DNA of 63,981 bases, the filler included, from Thelocarpon superellum (lineage: Eukaryota): NCBI GenBank assembly GCA_026025795.1. It is 4 parts of 4 records of this genome, joined end to end, with 100 filler letters (N's around TTAATTAATTAA, not from the genome) between each part and the next. Parts side by side here need not be neighbours in the genome. Positions count along the whole stretch, not along the records: positions 1 to 17,681 come from JAPEUG010000371.1; positions 17,782 to 35,347 come from JAPEUG010000372.1; 2 more parts are not named here. One strand, 5' to 3'. A model generated the notes under the pieces. That model did no database searches, was not told the DNA's origin, and saw only the letters and a program-made list of their open reading frames with translations. The position numbers and the translations under genes are program-made. Positions within the stretch are counted from its first letter, which is position 1; the number at the start of each line of letters is the position of its first letter. Shown piece by piece: positions 12,140-25,524 of the stretch.

Positions 12140-14588
12140 ATGAAGACCGCCCAGGCAGTGCCCACGACCACGGCTTCTGGTCGCCGTCAGCCGGTGCGTC
12201 AGACGCGCACCAATCCTCCACGGGCCCCGGCCGTGGCCCCACGAGCACATCCAGCTGGGCGCGCTGCCGACACCACCGCTCGTTCCGGCCGACCTCCGGC
12301 CGACGCCCAGCCCGGCTTCTTCCCCGCCATCACCCACTTCACCGATGCCATCACCGCGCTGCCCAAGGAGGTGGTGCGGCATTTCACCCTCCTCAAGGAG
12401 GTCGACGCCAAAGCGTGTGGTCCCGAAGAGACCCTCGGCCAATTGACCGACCTGGCCCTCCACACCCCACCTCCGCCCCGCAACCCACCGAGTGCGGCGA
12501 GCACGTCCGTTGCACCGTCCGCCGGCTCCGCCAACCCACCGCTACCTGCACAGGATGCTTCGGCCCCCGACGCCGTGGTGGAACACTCTCGTCGTGGTCC
12601 CGATGCGGCCCAGCCCGACGCGGACGCGGCCAGCATGGCGCGCCGCCACCTCTTCCTGAATCTCCGCTACGTCCTGTCGGAGATGCTCATGACGCTCGAC
12701 GAGAAGAATCACGTCATCGCCACGGCCAATGAAGCGCTCCAGAAGCAGCTCGTCCGGGCCAACTCCTCCTTCCCGTATATCGACCACGAGATCAGCGACG
12801 AGGCGCGATACGGCAGCCTCACCCATTGGGCCTACACCGACAAGACCGCGGGCAAGGTCAATGGTGCCGTCGGGACCGCCGAACGCTCGCGACGCGACGT
12901 CGCCGCCGCCAATGGTCTGGCTGCCGCCGCCGCTGCGCTCAACGAAGAAGCCGCGGCGGCGCGGAGCGAGAGTCGCCGCGAAGCCATGATGGCCCGCAGG
13001 TACCGGAACCTCGCCCTCGATCCGGATCACGAAGATGGCCGTGCTCGCCCGCGCGACCCGGCGGCCCACGTGTCCGTGGGCCCTCAGCTCAACAAGAAGA
13101 TGCGTGGTGGCGCCAATGCCCGCCGCGTCGCTGACCCCGCCGGGCCGGTGGGGCTGGGCATCGCCCACGGTCCGGCCGTCACCATCGGCAACCCCCCGGT
13201 CAAGCGCCGCCGGGCTGAGAAGGCGGTCAACGGCGTCACGGCCGCCGCGGCCGCCGCGGCGTCGACGGAACGTAGCATGACCGGCGTCTTTGGGAATTCC
13301 GGGCCTGCCACCAAGCTCCATGGTGGCAGTCGGGCCGGCACCCCCAACGCCGAAGGAGCCGGACGGAAGCGCGGCCGAGGGGGTGGTGGCGTTGGCGGTC
13401 CCCCGCGCAAACGGTCAGCATTCTCCCGACGATCTACCCCATTTTCAGCCCTGTTGTACTAATGCATCGATGTCGCAGGCATAATACCAACGGCTCCGCC
13501 ATTCCTTCTCCCCTGATGGCGTCGTCGCCCATTCAAGGTACCTTTACCACCACCAAAGATCTGCCGCGCCACAGCCCACCGACCGGCGCCAACTCGCGGC
13601 CCGTGTCGGCCCGCGCCCGCAAGAACTCGTCGCACAGCGTCGCGCCGGAGGCCACGACGGCGCGCCATCGGCCCTCGTCCTCGGCATCCGCCAAGGCCCC
13701 GCCAGCCAACGGGCTCGCCTCCAACTCCGCCGACGCAGACACTGCCGCGAAGAATGCGGGACGAGGGACCACGGACGGCAAAGAAGGGATGACGGACGAC
13801 GTCGCGCCGCCCGCGGAGCCGATGCAAGTCGACGGCAGCGTCGCCGGCGCCGGAGCTGGCAAGAGCGAGACCAACGGCACGCCCGTCGTGAGCCACTCGA
13901 CCCAGGACACGGCCGACCACGCGGTCAAGGGCGAAGAGGTCGAGACGAACCACATCGGGCCGCCGCCCGAGATCCGGCACACGAGCATCAGCACGACGCG
14001 CAAGGCTTCCAAGAACTCCACCCCCGTCACCGCCACCTTCTCCGACGCGCCAACCAAGGGACGGGCCCGGCCCGCTCGCGCCCACGCCAACTCCCACGAC
14101 GGCCTCTCCAAGCGCTCGCACAAGAAAGGCGCCGCCGTGCCCGCCGCCCCGCATCTCGTGCTCACCGTCGGTGCCCAGCCTGCCGCCGAGGAGGCCGTGT
14201 CGGCGCACGACGACGACGACGAAGACGACGACACCGAACCACGATATTGCTACTGTAATCAGGTCAGCTACGGCGAGATGGTGGCGTGTGATGCGGACAA
14301 TTGTCCGCGCGAATGGTTTCATCTGGATTGCGTCGGCCTGACCAAGGCGCCGACGAAGAATGGTGAGTTTCATTTTCCTTCTTGAGTGTCATCTTGCGTC
14401 TTTCCTTTCCACTGCTTGCTCTTCTTTTTCTCCCTCGCTTCCTTTCCCCTTTCTTACCTCGACCGATCCGCTAACCGCTGTCACTCTCCACAGCGAAATG
14501 GTACTGCGACGAATGCAAAGAGAACATCAAGAAGAGCAAAGTGGGCGGCAACGGCGGAGGCGCAGCCGGCGTCGCCGTGGCGCGGTGA
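12140..14588 (+). CDS. ING-family PHD finger protein (Pho23-like)
   Basis: N-terminal ING domain ([25 protein letters not shown]...[12 protein letters not shown]). C-terminal [38 protein letters not shown]...KWYCDEC. Two introns. Confidence 0.9.
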
Positions 14589-14950
14589 TCAAGGGATCAG
14601 ACACCCGTCGGATTCGATCCTCCCTCCTTCGTGTAGGTACGAAGCACTTTTGAGACCTGGACACCTGCCCCCTCCGGGAACGTTGTAGATGCATAGCTTG
14701 TGCCCTTTTCGTTACTTGACTCTGCGTGATACCTGTCCTTGTCTTATCCGATCTTCGACTTATATTATTCCATTATTTCACTGAACGAATGCCTCCGTCG
14801 TCACTTGGTGCTCCTCCGGTCCTTGTCTGGTGGATGGGGTCGAGGTGGCACATGACCACCACAAGTACATAGGTACGGGAGGAAATCATAGCGTTGTCAT
14901 CGACCCGTGTTCTTCCTCTCATCCGTTACTATTTGCTCCCGGTGCCGCTG

Positions 14951-15801
14951 CTACTTCTTCTTTAGCTCGCCCATCCACGTCCGCATCGCCTTGGCGCTAT
15001 CATGCGCCGCGCGAAAGACTACCAAGCCGGCGAGCTGGATTAGAAAGGCCCATCCATCGTATCCAGATGTGGTTCACAACACTTACGCTGTCGCTCCGTC
15101 TCATCCAGCCCGCGCAGGAAATCCGCGCCCTCACCCAGCGCACCACGAGGATTATGCGCGTGGTCCGCGATCTCAGCGGCGCGAGCCTTGAAGGTCTACT
15201 TCATCCATCAGTATGGAGCGAAAGGGGCAGGGTGAACAGGTAACAGGGAACAGGGAACAGGGGAATGTCTCACATCACTCAAGATATCGCCCATCTCCTC
15301 CTCCTCGAACAGCTCCAGCATCCTCGCCCCCAGACTGTAGAAATGCGTGGCGAGGCTGCGTAGATCCACGGTGCGCGGATCCGCTTGGAGCGCGTTCATG
15401 ACGCGCTGCGACAGCGCCGATGGCAGATCCAGCGTCACGAGCGGCGACGTGCCCATTCGTTGACCGACGGCGAGCATTTCCGCCAGCCAGATAGGCAGCT
15501 CGACCTTGCTGCCTCGTTTGAGCTACACTGGGGGATCAGCGACAGGTGCCTACGTGATTGTCCATCTGCACCAGGTAATAGGATAAGACGGAAGATTGTG
15601 GGCTCAGACATCACCGCCGGCATTGCCGTCCAGGAAGCCCAGGCCTGGGACGTCGAGATCGAAGGTGCAGGGGACTTTCTACACGAGCACGGCGAGTGAG
15701 ACGCCGTATTCGACTGATTGTATCTTGCCTGGACGTTGGACGCGGAAGCATCATACCTGCGCATCGGTCAAGATGGCGTCAATGTCATAATATGAGCTCA
15801 T
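14951..15801 (-). CDS. PSF3: GINS complex subunit Psf3
   Basis: Multi-exon. MSSYYDIDAILTDAQ/KVPCTFDLDVPGLGFLDGN, LPVWLAEMLAV, VMNALQADPRTVDLR, FLRGLDETERQLFRAAHD. Confidence 0.9.
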
Positions 15802-16303
15802 CTTGAAGAGTCATCATCCCCCGTCCCCTTTCCGAGACCATAGGACCATGTGTTGGTTGAGGAGGAGGACGGGGCGGGGCACATTTCATCTCACGTGAAG
15901 CATCGCCGTCAAATCCTACCGAGGACGAGTACGCGTGCTCGTACCCCCCGGAACGTGACCGTAAGCTGACGCTCGCTTTCGCCAACCTTACCAGCCATTC
16001 GGTGTCAAATTTATTCGCTTGGTCGTTTCAGTTAAAAGAGACCAATGGAGCGCAAAGGACCACGCGATTGTTAACTAAAGCTGAGACTGAACGGCTTGCA
16101 AGCTGGCTAGCGCTCGAGGTAAAAGATGACGTCGCGCCACCTGTTCACCCTCGTTGCTGATGCCAATGCCGATGCTGATGCTACCAGCATTTCTCCGCTC
16201 CAATTGAGCTCACCTCGGCTCCTGTCTCGACGAGCAGATCTAAACCATCCAACACGTTCCTCAGTATCACTCCTACTTTCCCTTTTCCTCTGATTGATCT
16301 ACC

Positions 16304-17231
16304 ATGTCGACGGCAATGCTTCGCACTTCCCTCCCTCGCGCTGCTCACCGCGCCAGCTCCGCAAGCTTCAAGGCCACCGCTGGCATCGGGGGAACGAGCT
16401 TCGTCCGGGGCAAGGCCACGCTACCGGATCTTCAATGTGCGCAGTCCATCAGCATCATCATCATCATCACCCTCAGCCCCCTCGCCCGAGGTAAAATCTA
16501 GCTCCCTCTGACCAATCTCCACACAGATGACTATGGCGCCCTCGAGCCCTCCATTTCCGGCCGAATCATGGAGCTGCACCACAACAAGCACCACAGCACC
16601 TACGTAAACTCCTACAATGATGCATCCGAAAAGTTCGCCACGGCTGAGGCCAAGTCCGACATCGCGGCCCAGATTGCCTTGCAGCCGCTCATCAACTTCC
16701 ACGGCGGCGGCCACCTCAATCATACCCTCTTCTGGGAGAACCTGGCGCCCAAGAGTGCCGGCGGGGGCGAGCCACCCTCGGGCCCACTCAAAACCGCCAT
16801 CGACCAGACGTACGGTGGTCTGGACGGCTTCAAGACCAAGTTCAACACCGCCCTGGCTAGCATACAGGGAAGCGGCTGGGCTTGGCTGGTCAGGGACACG
16901 CACACGGGCAATATCGAGATTAAGACTTATGCCGTACGTCCCCTTCGCCTCTAACTTGGCTTGACTAGTAGTCGGCAAATTTCCCCAGACACGTCCATCC
17001 ATCTGACTTGCCACAGAACCAAGACCCTGTCGTGGGCCGGTATGTACCGCTACTGGGCATCGATGCATGGGAGCACGCATACTAGTAAGCATCACCTCGA
17101 GGCCCCTTCTCCCGTGGACTTGTCCTAACCACTCGCCATCTAGCCTCGACTACCAGAACCGCAAGGCGGAGTACTTCAAGGCCATCTGGGACGTCGTCAA
17201 TTGGAAGGCGGCCGAGAAGCGATTTGGATAG
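16304..17231 (+). CDS. SOD2: Mitochondrial Mn superoxide dismutase
   Basis: Presequence followed by KATLPDL-YDYGALEP, ELHHNKHH, FHGGGHLNH, GSGWAWL, NQDP and DAWEHAYY; three introns. Confidence 0.96.
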
Positions 17232-17681
17232 ATGGATGACTGGGCATTTCATGTGCGGGACGGCGGTGGTCATGGACGAGATGCAGCGGTAGTCAATAGC
17301 TGTCTAGCTGACGATGCGAGTTGAGCAGATAGGAAAAAGCAAAGCATCAACAAAGAAAGCCAAGAACCACGCACGCACGCAAGACCGAATGAGATGACAA
17401 AGGCAATCCAGGCCACCCTCCGTTCCCTCCCTCCTCCACTCCGCCTCTTCACCACTCCCACTCCTCCGCTCCACCCCATCCCACCGCTCCAGGTCCAGCC
17501 GACGAGAGGCAAAGATGATCGCGAAGCCGTCCGATTGTCCGGCGGACCTCCCCCCCTCACCACTCGTGCGGCAAAGGGAGGGTGCGAGATCCCAATGGTC
17601 CCGGAGCCGCCGGAACAGCCGGAAGGACCTCCCTAACCAGTTAGTGGACTCACCCAATGGGGGAATTACCTGACGGGAAAG

Positions 17682-17781
17682 NNNNNNNNNNNNNNNNNNN
17701 NNNNNNNNNNNNNNNNNNNNNNNNNTTAATTAATTAANNNNNNNNNNNNNNNNNNNNNNNNNNNNNNNNNNNNNNNNNNNN
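17682..17781. other. Artificial contig spacer
   Basis: N44-TTAATTAATTAA-N44; the core gives stops in all six frames. Confidence 0.98.
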
Positions 17782-18103
17782 ATCGCCCAAATCAAAGGCG
17801 AAGGCAAAGTCGAGCACGAGCAAACCCACACCGAAGCGCCGTGCTATCTCTTCTCGATCCGCAACGCCATCGACGCCCAGCAAAGACGGCCAAACCAGCA
17901 GAGAGACAGGGAGCACGCCAACGCCAACGCCAACGCCACCTGTGCCATCGACGCGGCGGCGGCGCCGTCTCGCTGCCGAGTCTGCTTCTCCCTCGACTGC
18001 CGATGGGGCCGTGTCACCTGCACCCGTCCCCGCCCTCGCCGCCACACCCAGAACCAAGAGGAAGAGGAGACCGAGAATAGCTGCTGCTGATGCTGCCATC
18101 TGA
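17782..18103 (+). CDS. Possible 3' end of a truncated gene (basic, Ser/Thr/Pro-rich tail)
   Basis: Open frame from the contig edge, SPKSKAKAKSSTSKPTPKRRA...TKRKRRPRIAAADAAI*. No family recognised. Confidence 0.35.
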
Positions 18104-18440
18104 TGCTTACATGATGATCGTCGGCGTATCGTGTCTGCCCCCACTTTGAAGGGACCTCGCACATATCTTTGGCTTGTACCAAGTCCTATATCTTGATGCA
18201 GTGTAGTGTATTGCAACAACTATCAAATACCAACCACGAACGCAATTCATCCTTGCTTGCTCTTCCCCTTCCTTTCGGGTCCTTTCCTCTCCTTTCCTGT
18301 CTTATCGTGTCTCTGCATGATCATCGTTGTCATTGTCGTCGCCGTCACAGTCGCCGTCCAACCTTCACCCCCCTTTCATTCTCCCTTCTTCCAACGCAAT
18401 CGACAATCCCACCTCTGCCCCCCCAAGCGCTTTCAGACGG

Positions 18441-18612
18441 CTACTGCACCAACTGTTCCCGCAATTTACTGCCCGCCGGAACCGGATCCTTCTTCCCGCG
18501 TCGTCCTAGCAAGGTGGCGTTGTCGAGGCTAAGCTCAAACGGCGCGCCCTTGCGTCTCGTCTGCTGCTTGGCCGCTGCGGCGACGGCGGGGCTATGTTGA
18601 CCGTATCCTTGC

Positions 18613-18656
<44 letters not shown>

Positions 18657-20848
18657 GGCTGCTGACATGGGGAGTTTTCGGGCGGTTGGACCGATATTGG
18701 TGTTCTTCAACGTCTGCTCCACGCGCTGCACATCTGCGTCGCCAGCTCGGGGAATCTTGGAGGGTGGGGGGTTATGGTCGCTACCGTAGGCAAGGTCGGC
18801 GTCCACGCCGTCGTTGTCGTAGTACTCGTCGTCGTCGGCTTCGTCAAGTGCGTTGAGTCCTCCGACGTCCTGCGCCCCGCGGAAGCCTTGCGGGAAGTTC
18901 TTACGCCGCTTGGCTTCCTCTTCCTGTCGGTGCACCGCGTAGCCGACGTCGAAGACCTCCCGGAGATTGACGGCCCCCGGCGATCGGAAATCGTTTCGTC
19001 GCGCCCCAGGTGTCTCGAGGAGGCGTGACGGAATGGCTTGCAGCGGTGTTTCCGCGTCGTCGATCCCTACGCCCGCGCCCGCGCCCGCGCCCGCGCCCTC
19101 GCCCTCCATCGGTCGGCTTCGCTGGAGGCTGGGTGTGGCGAGAGGGGGTGCATCGGCCGCGGCGTGCGTCGCTTCCTCCGTCTCTCGTATCCACGGATGT
19201 TGTAGGAACTGCTTGATCGTGTATCGTTTCTCCGGATCGACGGTCAAGAGATGCGACACCAGGTCCTGCGCTGGCTTCGAAATGTCGTCCCACCACGGAG
19301 ACAGGAACGTATATTGTCCACGCGCCACCTTCTCCGTCAGGACCTGGATCGATTCATCGTAGAAGGGTGGGAAGCCGCAGAGAAGCGTGTACAAGACACA
19401 GCCAAGCGCCCACATGTCCACGCTCTTGGAATATCGCTCGTCCTTGACAATCTCCGGTGCGGTGTAGCCCACGGTGCCACATGGCGTCATCGTTTGGCTG
19501 TCCCACACCACCTTGGACAGTCCAAAATCGGCAATCTTGATCTGACCGATCCCGCCGGCACCTAAGCCGCGGACAAATTGGCCCTCATCTTCCTTGTCCT
19601 CGTCCTCGCTCGAACGAGGACGTGGGTTCTTGGACGGGATAAATGGAATAGGGTAGAAGAGCAGATTTTCCGGTTTGATGTCCCTACGCCTCATCAATCA
19701 TGGACATCCCATGTTATGTTGGGGAACCTACCGATGCACCACCCCCTTCTCCTCATGCAAGTTGTCCAAAGCCTTGGCAACTTGGACAATCACATGTCGA
19801 CTCAGGTCCTCGCTGAAGTATGTGAGCCGGACGATCTGGTGAAAGAGCTCGCCACCCGGGCACAGCTCAAGGATGATGTAGTAATATTGTCGCGATTCCG
19901 AAAAGTCAATGAGTTTGACGATGTTGGGATGATCCAACTGCCGCATGATCTGGACCTCTTTCAAAATGTTCGCGCGCTACGAATCGAGCATCAGCATTCG
20001 GTCTGGCCCTCCCTCGCAAGTCTCAACGGCAAACGCTTCCAGGAACGATGAGGAATGAGCCACGGTAAAGAAAGAACTTGCGCACCTCCACAAGCTTGGG
20101 TTGTTTCTTGAAGTCCGGGTGCAGGTGTTTGTCGCCCTAAGTCACTCCCAGGTCAAGTTGGTGGCCGTCCGTCGCAAGATCCGGGCTCGATCAGGAGGTG
20201 ACTGTGTGCGGACGCAGGGAAAAGCAATGCAGCAAATCACGCAGCAACTGAGTGGGTTCGCACGACAAGGAAATCGCCCGTCCGGGTGTCTGGACTTCCA
20301 TAGATACTAACCTGACTCGAGTTCATCTCAAACTTGCGGACCACCTTGATCGCCACCTCTCCCAAATCGCCCGTGCTGTCGCGGGCTCGATAGACATTGC
20401 TGAAGGCACCGTCGCCCATCTTCTCCACCAAGGTCCATCGCTCGAGGCCGGGGTACTTGGGGAGCTTTCCTTTGCTTTCGCGTTCTTCCGCCACGATGCG
20501 CTCGATGACGCTGGGGTCGTAATTCTTCGACTTGGCCTCAGCATCGCCTCCTTGAATCCGCTGGTGATCGCCCATGGCCTTGGCCGTGACCCCGCCGGCT
20601 TGAGCGGCGACGTTTCGGCCATCGACGTTGGCTGCGGAGAAGTCCCCTCCTGGGTGGGCCAGTGGAGGATGGTCCTGCCCGACGCTGGGATCGCTTATCG
20701 CATGACCATAGCCTCCCGCAGGGGCATAATGTCGACTCTGGGGATGCGCGTTGATGGGCGAGACGTTGGTGGTGGGGTCGGCATGTGGGGGCACGCGCGC
20801 CTGTTTCCCGTGCCGGATAAAATTCTTAAGGTTCTGGATGGTGCTCAT
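18441..20848 (-). CDS. srkA: MAPK-activated CaMK-like kinase SrkA/Srk1/Rck2
   Basis: MSTIQNLKNFIRHGKQAR, MGDGAFSNVY, VVHRDIKPENLL, IADFGLSK, TPCGTVGYTAPE, C-terminal LSLDNATLLGRRGKK. Three introns, including a 51-nt exon at 20086-20136. Poly-Q at about 18609-18656. Confidence 0.93.
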
Positions 20849-22773
20849 GGTTCCGATGCGACGCTGTCGGCCCTCACGTTAAGTTGGAGAAGGGTTGAGG
20901 GAGAAGGTGGCAACCACCGAGACGATGAGGGGAGGTGGGACGGCGGGGCAAACGGGCGACGCCGCTGATTACGTGATGAGGATCTGACCGGAATTTTCGC
21001 GGGTCCGACGCGCGACCGAGCATGTAGTTGTTCCGACGACGAAGAGGCAGATGAGGGAAGATTGGAAGGGGCGAGCAGGTGGCCGCCGACAGGAACCAAT
21101 CTTCAGGTCTTTCACGTTGGGCGGACTAGGTTATCAGGCACCAGAAGGATGCTGAACAAGATCTGGGGAAGGCAAGGCCAGAGAGCAAACGTCACTTTCA
21201 TGCGTCAGATGTGCGACTCGAGTTGCTACGGCACGGTCGCTTACCAGTGAGTTGGGGGGTGACCAGCGGGCCATAGGGAAGTGCTTAACTGGTATTTTCC
21301 AGGCGGCCTTTGGGTACTCGGTGCCTGTGGGGACAGAGAGTTTGGGGGGCCGCCGGTACGGGTATGACGCGGATCTGGGGAGCTACGCGAAGCCATGACG
21401 TCCCTCCCGGTATTCCTGCCTAGGACCCTGCGTCACCGCCGGATTCACTGGATTGGTACGAAGTACGAAGCGCCACACAGGTGATGGTCGACGGGGTCTC
21501 GGACTGGTGGTGGCACTCGTACGAGCCTGCTAACCCTGCGCAGGCAGCGACCTAGGCCACGTGCAGGCTCATACCATAGCTCTTCAGTCCTTGTCACTTA
21601 GATGTCATCACGTAGCCATGTCGTCCACCAGCATATCCAGCCCACAACGAACATCACTCGATGCCTTGCGTTTGCATGGATTTGACCTGATACGCACGCG
21701 AGGCAAAGACGGGCTGGGTCAGCTGTCGCGCAAATCAAATGCATCGCGATTAGTGAGCAGTCAGTCGCGTGGGCATGGCGACGAGAACGCACCTATCAGC
21801 CGCCACTGCCCGGGTGGTGCAACCGGATGGAAGAAGTCCGTACCATGTCTGGCACTGAAACATTGCCCGGCCTAATTTCTATGGCAAATAGTCAGACTGA
21901 CTAAACCCTACCCAACCCGCTGCTAAATGGCTCTACTGGACTATGCCGGACCGATTGTTTCCCGCTCAGAGGAGCAGCGCTCGTTACGATCGCTTCGAAC
22001 TGAAGAATACGCACCTTCAGATGCTCATACCGTGCGTCTTGACAGGATCCTCTGCTTACCCATATGCTGGATCCGTTCGGAAATGGTGAGCGACGCTGCT
22101 TTCTTCACCCCAGACCAGGCGAGGCGTGGGTGGCGCGAGGTGTGCTGCCGGAGCATTTGCCCAAGCTCGCAGCGCACGTGATAAGGCTTGCAATGCGTGA
22201 GGCACTAAAGGTTTCGACTACCAATGCTTAGTAATCATGATGGTACGTTTTTGGTCCTCCTATGAAGTAGAGTACCAACTCGAAGCGGAGGAATGTTGCA
22301 TCTCCCAAGCTTCATGCCTGCCACTGTACTCTCAATGGCACACTGTCAAAAGGCGGAGGTCTTAGGCCACTACACTGGACATGAGAGGAACATCGAAGTT
22401 CATGATGGGTGTCGCAGGGTGGTAACTAACGGTCTGAGCTGACGACACGAAGAGAGTAGGTAGGGGCTCGATGAGGGGATCGAGTGGGTATGTCTGTGAG
22501 TAGGGGAATTCTCTTTGTACGGGGATCTGTGACCCTCTCGCGCGTCTTAGCAGCGTCTCTTCCGAAAGATCTTCCCCATCGGCTGGGATTGCATTATTAG
22601 CGCCACTCGAGTCCCAGCCCGATCGAGGTCAAAGATGACCTCACTCGTCGTTCACTCCAAGGATACGTCTAAACGCTCATTCACTGCTAGCCCTCGCTGC
22701 GCTGGAGCAATACTCGGTTGCGGACGCTCGTCGCGTCTGTCGTCCATCGCACCGCTCGGTCGGAGGCACAAAC

Positions 22774-24490
22774 TCAGCTGTCTCGAGGCCGGGCCAGCCA
22801 CGGCTCCTCAAGCAGACCTCTGGCGGTCTTTCTTTCCTCTGGTACCCATCGTAACATTGCCCTGAGGAAGTCCAGAAACTGCCTCTTCTCCTCCACGTGT
22901 TGGAGAGAAGGCACGGATGATTCGAAACGGAAGTCAGAGGGGATCATTTCTATGTGCAGGAAATCGCCTTGTGAAAAGTACGCACATGTCAGTCAGGGAC
23001 ACGCTACTCTAGAGGCTGAAAAGAGACACGTACCCGTGCGATAGTCCCAGAATGGGCCTCCACAGAAATCCTCGACCCGATCACAAAGCTTCCCTCCTTC
23101 ATTCTCGATCGCGGGGCTCCACGTCCGCTTCCGGGCGCTTACAATTTGATTCATGATCAAAGTTTGTGGAGGGGATCCTAAGAGGGCGCTCATCTGTGCA
23201 AGATGTACGGCAGGGTTATATCTGTTTTCCGGTCCGACGCGCACGGTGAAAAGGTCACGATTTTTCAGTAGATTCCAGACCTACAACATGTCAGATGAGC
23301 GTAGCGTATGCGTCAAGACAAAACGGAATGTGTAGGCAGCGTGAACGTGAGAGGAATCATACCACGACTCCCAAGTTCCAGATATCCGCACTTTATGACC
23401 ACCCGATTCCTAAGAGGACTTCCGGCGCGCGATAAGCGTCGGGCTGAATGGGGTGTGTCTGCAACCGATCGCCTGGCTGTGCACTCCCGAAATCTGCGCT
23501 TTTGGGCAGAACCTTTGGGGACTTGAGAGGGCAAAGTCGTTGCATGAACGGTAGACGTATCGGACAGGATCTGATGACGAGGAAGAGGTTGGATCTCTGA
23601 CAAGTTTTCGTTCTACTGGATGGTTGCGTTGGTTTTGGATGAAATCGTGCAGCACGCTAGGGTCTTCGAGGCCACGGAGGATGTTGTCCAGTTTGAGGTC
23701 TGCACTCATCAGTAATCAGGCCGTAAGAACACACGTTATGCTCACCAGTATGAACCACTCGACATTCCGAACGAAGGTAGTCGAGCTCCATGAGCAGAAG
23801 TCTCACAGTGGCCTTTAGCAACTGCAGAGGAAATCTCCGCTCGGGGAGTCGCCGTTTGAAGAAGGCAAGCGTATCTCTCATCGGCTCAAATAGCATGCAT
23901 ACATGCATTCCATGGGGTCCAGCAACCTTGAAAACATCGAGACTGGTCCTCACACAATGAAATCCGTGATGGTGCGGATCTCCCTTGGCGAGGCGCTCCA
24001 ATATTCGGAGTTCATATTCTGCGACCTCCTGGTCTATGAAGCCGCAATTTGTTGGCCTTGAGGGCTACCTAGCGCTCCGATTGCCATTGCGAACTTTTAC
24101 GCAAGGCATGAGAATGGCTTTGCCGACGCAAGAGAAGAGTACGAGAAGGCTTACCGGCGCATGTCTCTTCCAAACCAGACCGATGAGGAAGTACCCCACC
24201 CGAGCTGTGCCGTGACCTCATATCGATCATGGACCTGGTCGCCGGGCCCCTTTGGGAGGTAGTGCTCCGAATCATAATCGGGGATGATTTCCTCTTCAAT
24301 CGACACATCGTCTGGCAGGCGCCGAGACGCAGGCTGCGAGGCTGGCAAAGGTCGATATGACGCGATTGAACGGTGTGCAATGCGTTCGATCCTGTCTACG
24401 ACGGAGCACCAACTGAGGACATGACTTGACCGCCCTACGCCCATGATGTGGACGTAGGCTAACTTGCTGCTTTGGTGTGAGGTGCGTCAT
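22774..24490 (-). pseudogene. Degenerate SRPK-like (CMGC) protein kinase
   Basis: Motifs YEVTAQLGWGTSSSVW, VHT-DLKLDNIL, PKSADFG, YRAPEV and DIWNLG are spread over shifted frames. In-frame stops at 24069-24071 (TAG) and 23393-23395 (TAA). Confidence 0.85.
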
Positions 24491-25524
24491 CCTGAGGCTG
24501 CTTTACACCCTCGCCTGTGCAGGACCGTGCTGGTTGGAGACGAGAAGGGTGAAGTGGCATGAATGGTGGTGACGACTATTCTCCGTTCATTCTATTCGCT
24601 CTGTCCAAGCGCTAGCCTATGCGAGTCAGTCAGCTGCTAGGCGAATGAAGAGACACTGGCGTGACCACCACCACCACCACCACCACCTCACTGGTAGACG
24701 AGCTCTTTTGCTTGGAGGGAGAAGGTCCGGCGCCGTACTCGGACCCGTCCCGTCGTGCCCGCTGTCGCCATTCCCTCCGCCGTCCACCACGCACTTCATC
24801 GTAGCGCCCGAGTGACCTCGCGATTGGCAGACACTGTGCTCGCGCCTCATTCGACCGCCGTCATTACGACTACTCGCAACTACGCTCCGCTGTCTCTCAT
24901 CCCATCTTGGCCGGATGGCTGAGCGCGCGCCAACACCTTGCTGATCACCTTGCGGCCTTGTCCGCATCAGCCGTGCGCCGCCGCGACCGCCTCGCCCTTC
25001 TCGCCCTGGCTTTTCTCCCGGCCAATCCCACGCCTTGATTCGCTTGAGCGCTGAAGCGCCGCAATTCGTCGTTAAGGGCCCAGGCTTCTTGCCACTCCAC
25101 AATCCCACCCCGGATCGCTCCACCACCGCCCGCCACTTGCCCGCCTGAGGATCCGGTCGGTTTGCAGGCCAGGAAAAGATTTGTCCACATCGTGCGCCAC
25201 CTGGAGGGCCGGCGATCATTCGTCCCCGACCACGGGCCACCGCACAGCCGGCCGCCGCATCCGTCACCCCCGGACACCTTCCTCCCTTTGCAGCTTCATC
25301 CGCCCACGGCCCCTGACTCACCGTGTGATCGCGCCAGTCGAGTCTTGACCGTGCCCCACCTATGGTGCTGAGGTCCGAAGCATCCGGAACAGAGCCAGAG
25401 GATCACGCCGCCCGTCATGAGCTCTAATTGAGCCCGCGGACCATACCTGGCTCCATCGGGCCGAGACCGGGTTGCGCATGCTGCGACCAGCTCTCTTCCT
25501 CGCGCCCCTCCCACCCCTTGAAGA

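Noticed and set aside
17726..17737. Recurrent TTAATTAATTAA palindrome
   Set aside because: Synthetic six-frame-stop linker embedded in Ns.
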